A DNA stretch of 56,804 nucleotides, filler included, from Sphacelaria rigidula (taxonomy: Eukaryota): assembly GCA_964200075.2 (NCBI GenBank). It is 5 parts of 5 records of this genome, joined end to end, with 100 filler letters (N's around TTAATTAATTAA, not from the genome) between each part and the next. Parts side by side here need not be neighbours in the genome. Positions count along the whole stretch, not along the records: positions 45,526 to 56,804 come from CAXNAA020005124.1; 4 more parts are not named here. The stretch is one strand, 5' to 3'. Position 1 is the stretch's first letter; each line of letters opens with the position of its first letter. Under the pieces are notes generated by a model. The model did not search any database. It was not told where the DNA came from and was given only the letters and a program-made list of their open reading frames with translations. Positions 50,955-56,804 of this stretch are shown here, in pieces. The translations under genes and the position numbers were made by a program.

Positions 50955-53471
50955 CTACTGTCTCCAGCTGGTATTCGGTGCAAAGAGAGCGCGCCACACT
51001 TCCAAGCCATATCCCGGGAAATTTTTTCGCGGCGAATGCTTTAGTTACGATAACGTCACTTCCGCAATTTGTTCATGCAGGATACCAATATCCATCTACC
51101 ACAGACAAATACCCAAATGCTGGGGAGTGTAGGATATATATGAGCTTTTGCAAGGTTTTGATACCGTTCGAGTAACGCGCACGGTTCAACACTACAGACG
51201 ATGCTTTGCTGCACCGTGCCGTGTAGCAACCCAGTGCGATACGGGCAGGACACACGGCAACAGCACCGCCTCAAGCAAGAACCAGGCCAGGATTTGTGAG
51301 CAGCGCACACAAGAGAATCACACGCTTCCGGATCGCCAAAGCCAACACGAGCACAAAAACAGGACGGCCTACCTTGCAGCGACTATGGTGAAATTTAACG
51401 AGACAAAGCTGTCCCACAGCCTGTACATGTTGAGCAGTCAAATTCAGAAATATCCGCTCAAGGTATGGTGTACCGACGATTACGTAGCCTTGACGGCTCT
51501 ATTCCTGGATGCATTGAGTGTTGATGACGTCACATATCACCGATGCGTAGTATAGCACTCCCCCTGAATATCACTCCCCTCATAAAAGCTTCCAGCCAGT
51601 TCGTGCACCACATTGGTACCCGCGGTACCGCAGAGGGGTGCGTTTCATACCACGCCCGAAGTATCACTCTCGAATAGTGAGAGTACACGTCAAAAAGTCA
51701 TCATCAGGAGGTACTATTTACCGTCTTGGTGGGCGGATTTTACGAGCTGCGCGGAACTTGCGCCACCAATCGACTTCAGATAAAAACATTGTACTGCCTG
51801 TGCGTATTCATCCCGAACGTGTAAGACACCGTGCTGCACCTTTTGTGGTGCATTAGATATTTGTTTGCAACCAAAAAGAAGCAGCCACACAAGAGGTTCA
51901 CGAAGCAAAATGGGTCGCACGTTTCTCTTCAAGCACCATGTCCTATGCAGGATAGGGGTCAGGTACATAACGACAAAGGGCAACTCGAGCCAGGGTCATG
52001 ATCCAGTCACAATCTCGCGGGGGACGAGGTAGCGAAGTCACGGTCGAGTTTGTGCGTGAAATGGACGTGTGTACTTTCTACTTCGACGAATATCTGCTGT
52101 GCACTCAACTCCGCAACTATTTTTCACTGATTTTTGTGCACAACATGGGTGGCAGCTTCAGTCTTGACATCCGCTACTCCTCCACTCCCTCGGCCATTCG
52201 GCGGCACAATGGCCGTCTTTTCGTAGATACTGTCAAGCACTGTGACAGCTCTGTAAACCAGCTGGGGTACTCACCGTACCGCCCCTTTAAAAAAAAGGCT
52301 ATGAATGGACCCAGGACATCCCCATGGAGATGGATGAGAAAGATTTTACGCAACACCAGAACGGTACGAAAATATCAACGGACGGTAGCAGCACTATCCC
52401 TGAGAGTTACACACAACCTCGACGAGACTTGCAACAACAGCCGGCACCTGGGAGACTTTACCTCAACTGAAAATGAAAGACTGAATCATCAACGCTAACT
52501 GCACGAATATACTCTTGAAACGGGGGGTGGCGGGATATGGTGGCGGGATATATCTGGGGCTCCATCGACAATAGCTGCAATATGCCTATACTTTACCCGG
52601 TACATTTCCGTCTATGGCATATTTTGACCACATGTTGTCCAGGGTGTGTACAAATGCGAAGTGATGAACCATAACACGGGAAAATATGTACGTCCTTTCC
52701 CCCCGCCCCCTGCCCACCCTTCCCTCCCCACGCTGTTCTCGGTCGATTTTGGATATTTTGGGCTGCGGGGCCTGAGAACTCACGTACTGTACGGACCCCT
52801 TTTAAAAACACGGAAATCTTGCAAGCGTATATAACGCAGACTGAATAGGTCTTCATTCGGCAAAGTCTTTTCAAGAAACGTTCAACCCTTCGAGCGTATG
52901 AGTGATGTAGGCGTGGAAATAAAACGTGGAAGAGTATTTTAAAGTTTACCCGCTCTCTATCGGCTTCCAGGGGTCCCCGCGTGAAAACAACTACAAGCCG
53001 ATACAGATTTCTTCGAAATAATTTTTTAAAAAATGACTCACGCCGAGGTAGTCCAAGGAATGTCTGCGCAAAGGTTCATTGCGTAACTCGACAAGCTGGT
53101 CCCGAACGGTCGATGCAAGCTCAAGCCGCACAAGGAAAACGCCGGTAGCATACTATAATCAAGTAATCAGGGCGATTCCGCGTCCATTTGTGTACTTGAC
53201 GCAGATACGGGCGATTTCTCGCGTCGTTTTTTCGAGTTAGACCCTGAATTTTGGCACGTAAGTGCTGCGGGGTATTTGGATATCCCGTATGAATGGATTT
53301 TTTGCCCCCACATATGCGGAGTCCCAGGAGGCTGTCTCTCGCACCGCTTCCTGGGAGGGAACGAAAAAAGTACAAAAAAAACGATTACAGTGTTTAAAAA
53401 TTCTATAGCACCCATGTGCCAAAATTTCCAGGGCGCTTGCCGTTACACGTCACATGTTCTCAACACGTCAA

Positions 53472-53530
53472 AAGTTAAGGCAGGCTAGTACTACGGTGGG
53501 GGACCACGTGGGGAGCCGTGGTTGTGTTAC
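53472..53530 (+). pseudogene. 5S rRNA-derived fragment (Pol III internal control region)
   Basis: AAGTTAAG-GCAGGCTAGTACTACGGTGGGGGACCACGTGGG matches my recollection of the 3' half of stramenopile 5S rRNA, with a short deletion after the A-box. The 5' half is absent. Confidence 0.65.
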
Positions 53531-54920
53531 GACGGGGCTCCTCACGTCGTTCCCCAACGAAGGGATAAATCGCTGGTCGTTAAATTTTTATCCTCCACCC
53601 AGGACCAGCGTGTAGCTCTCTCCGGGTGAAACGTGCCCAACTACACACATGCCCTAATATATAACTCATCAGTCGCGGTATATTAGTCCCAGTCCGCAAA
53701 TCGTTGGTTTCCATGTCTCCAGTTCCCTAGTACAGTACGTCACGTCAGGATATGAACCTCAGCAGGATGCCTTCATCTTTGAATTTTTGCGTGTTTTACT
53801 TACACTTTCCACCACTGCGATTCCTCGGGACGAGTCCGTGGTCTCGAGGGATCGACCCATCTCTCCTCCAGTACTGTAGACGCCCCACAATTTGGTATCG
53901 CGGGTCAGATTAGCAGCCTCGCACAGCGTCGACTCCCATCGAACAGACTCGGCCAAACAAACTCATTCGCTACGCACGTCCTCCTGCTTTCATCCATGGA
54001 AATCAGATACCTCGGACTGACCGTACTAAAACGGGGGGGGTTAGACCATTGTTGCACGAAGGAATATCTATATTAGTGCTCTTATTTTCAATTCCAATTT
54101 GATTTTCAAATCACTTGGCATAGCTTCCACTGTATAGAAGTCCATTACCAGTATCTGAGGTAGTGTAACATGCGCAACCCCATATTCCCGTGCAACCGAA
54201 CTTGGCATACAAGGTGGGAAAACCGAACTTGGACTGACTTGTCTCTACTGCGCACGATGAATCGTAACAACTACTCAAGCGAGCACTTCGCTCTCCAAGT
54301 TTGCAACGCACCCCAAGCGCGTACGTGAGACGCGAGAGGCTATACTAATCCTATTTCTCGACTCGGAGCACCACCAGCCGAGTCAATGGCCAGATCATGC
54401 TTGTACCGGACATGTATAACTCGTTCATGAAAAAAAATGAAAAAATGCTGCTCGTGCTGCGAGCCACGTGTATTTTTTTCACAACATCAATCCCCACTTA
54501 CCAAATGAGGTACTCTCGGTTTTGACGGCGACTGCAGTACCACTAACTAGGCCACATGAATCTCCTAGGTACGTAAATGCTGTTTTGATCTTGTCGTCTA
54601 GTGGGCCGCCCGTGCAAATATAGAGGAGCCATCAACAACACAGCAGAAACGATCAACTGAACAAATCCGAAAGAGGGATGGGCCTGTCGAAGTAAAATTG
54701 TAGGCGGCCCAGCTTACGGCTTTGGCATGGATGGGGGTTACACAAGGCCACGGAAGGCATTACTCGTACAGCACAGCGCCACGTGTACTCGAGGCTGTAT
54801 TCATTGCTCCTGTGCAGCGCGTGGAGAATGCTGTGGGTACTAACGATGGTGGGTGTATGCTAGGGGAGACTACTGAGCAATGGTATACTACTGACTTCTG
54901 CGTGTGATTCCACGTATTTT

Positions 54921-56804
54921 TCAGTGTTCTGTAGCTGCCACCAATGATATGAACCAAGACACAGGAAGACTCCTGGGGGTTTCTCCCACACTTTTCGTAC
55001 AAGAGCTATAACCACCCTCAACTTGGGCACTTCGGTACGTATTTGGCAAGAGGTTGCTCCCAGATGGGGTGAAAACAGGTGAGAAAATGACACTGTTCAC
55101 CGGTTTGGGTTCATGTTTTTTCCACGGTCTGTTGGAGCGTTCCGAGTATCTTGTTCTTGCGAAAATTGGGAGCATGAACGTGTGGGGATATCCTCGGGCA
55201 CGTAACCGAACGTATTTTTTTGTCGGAGTTGCTTGAACTTATGTTCATCCGTGTTAGTTGCAATGTACCGTAACAGTTCTCCCGTGATAGACCCTCTTTT
55301 TGTGTGGATTGGGTGGGCGGAACGGAACGGCATGTATCCATATAGGTTCAGTTTTTTCTGGTGGGTGTAGAGGTCGAATTTGCCCTCTTTCAACCAGCGA
55401 GCGCCTTTGTGGATCACGATGTCTAGAAATTCTACCGAGTTCACAGCGGTGTTACATGTAACTTTGAGTTGCATGTCGGTGTAAATTCTGGATATTATGA
55501 GGGCATCGGAGTCCTTGGGGTTTGCTTGAACCACGTAAAATATATCATCGATGTATCGTTTGAAAAAGAGGATATTTCTGTGGTTGGTGACAAAGTTGTC
55601 GTCTACCATAGCCAGGGTAATGTTGGCGAGTGTTGGTGCACTGGGCGTACCCATGGCTGAACCTGTAATTTGCAGGAAGTGCTCACCATCAAACTGTGTG
55701 TAACCATTATCGAGGACATGCCCTAACATTTTCTCGATGAGTACGAACATGTCTTGAGGCTAATCGTGTTTGTAATGGCGACGGGTTGCAGACATGTGTT
55801 CGATGACTTGGGGGATTTGCAGAGAGGGATATAGGCTGGTGACATCTGCCGTGACCAGTGTGAGTCTCTGTCGGTTGTTCAACCTTTTGGCCTCCCAGTC
55901 TCTGATAAGCGAGATACTGTCTTTCAGTACTGTGGTGAATTTTTCAGCTACAGGCTGAAGCCAGTGGCATAGTAGTGATGACCATGGGGTTTTGTGGAAG
56001 CTATATCCAGCTACAATGGGTCTTCCAACTGCTACGGGTTTGTGAATTTTGGGGATGATGTAGAAGTTCGGGATCATCTAGTCTTGAGAACTGGAATGTC
56101 GAATGAATTTCATCATCCATGTAGTATGTGTACGGAAAGGGTGCCAGTTGAGATTGAATTTTATGTTCAATTTCTCAAGTGTTTTGATCATGGCGTCATT
56201 TTCTTACTTCATGTCTGCTTCGATGGTATTGCGCATGATAAACCTTTGCTGAGAAGCGAAACCACTGCTGGTGGCAATGTCGGTACGTCTCAAATCACAT
56301 GGGTATTGGTGACCTTGACGTTCTTCCTCAAGAGTACAGGGAGGTGGGGACGAATCTGACAAATGATATGTGTCAATGGCAGGTTGTTAATTTCCGTGTT
56401 CAGTTCACGGAATATTTTATTCTTAAGCCTTCGGCGTCGAGCCTTACGTTTCACAGTCAATCTCGTGCTTCTATCCTGCTTCCACTTCTTCACCTCAAGT
56501 GTACTTCTTCACCTCAAGTGTACTTCTTCACCTCAAGTGTACGCTTGTACCCTGTGTTCTTATCTCTCAATCCTCCAACGAGTGTGGAAGAGAGCCCACG
56601 CCGATAGATACTCGTTACCTCTACCGGGGGTTTTAAAAATCCTGACGGACTTTCTTCCGAGGGGCTGCGCTACCTGAGTCGGTAGTACGCTTGGAAACGT
56701 TGGCCTGTTTCTCCTGCGTGACAGAAGAGTTACGTCTAGCAGTACTCCTACCCTGCGGGGGGGGTCTTTTATCTGCTGTCTGTTTGGGCTTTCGGTTTAC
56801 CTTC
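54921..56804 (-). mobile_element. Penelope-like retroelement (PLE) reverse transcriptase, decayed
   Basis: Motifs FYIIPKIHK...RPIVAG; ADVTSLYP; GSAMGTPSAPTLANI; RYIDDIF; VEFLD; YMPFRSAHP...GELLRY; after a frameshift RLRARGYP; upstream LLSKGL. TAG stop at 55760-55762, further stops and frameshifts upstream; the 5' part runs off the window. Confidence 0.9.
56484..56540. repeat. 19-bp tandem repeat x3
   Basis: ACTTCTTCACCTCAAGTGT at 56484, 56503 and 56522. Confidence 0.9.

Overview
Eukaryotic, intron-rich, repeat-rich DNA, most likely from a brown alga or another photosynthetic stramenopile (aureochrome-like LOV exon, stramenopile-type 5S rRNA fragment, long GT-AG introns, poly-G/C tracts). The window is not one locus. 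It is five contigs of 11282, 11282, 11281, 11280 and 11279 bp joined by identical 100-nt N44-TTAATTAATTAA-N44 linkers, so adjacency across linkers means nothing. Contig 1 has a 7-exon Mutator/MULE transposase with three in-frame stops, a Harbinger-type foldback MITE and 43-bp periodic arrays. Contig 2 has the 3' exons of a USP deubiquitinase with a duplicated SIM-like tail, an inverted pair of coding-like segments and a ~167-bp satellite. Contig 3 has DENN-domain exons and foldback elements. Contig 4 has an hAT-type MITE pair, a divergent aureochrome-like bZIP/LOV gene lacking the photoactive Cys, and a perfect 91-bp hairpin. Contig 5 has an intact 138-aa two-repeat protein gene, a piggyBac-type MITE, a 5S rRNA-derived segment folding against its own antisense copy, and a decayed Penelope-like retroelement with no visible endonuclease. 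I found no clearly novel multi-gene system; the best leads are the Cys-less LOV gene, the 5S-derived element and the Penelope-like element.
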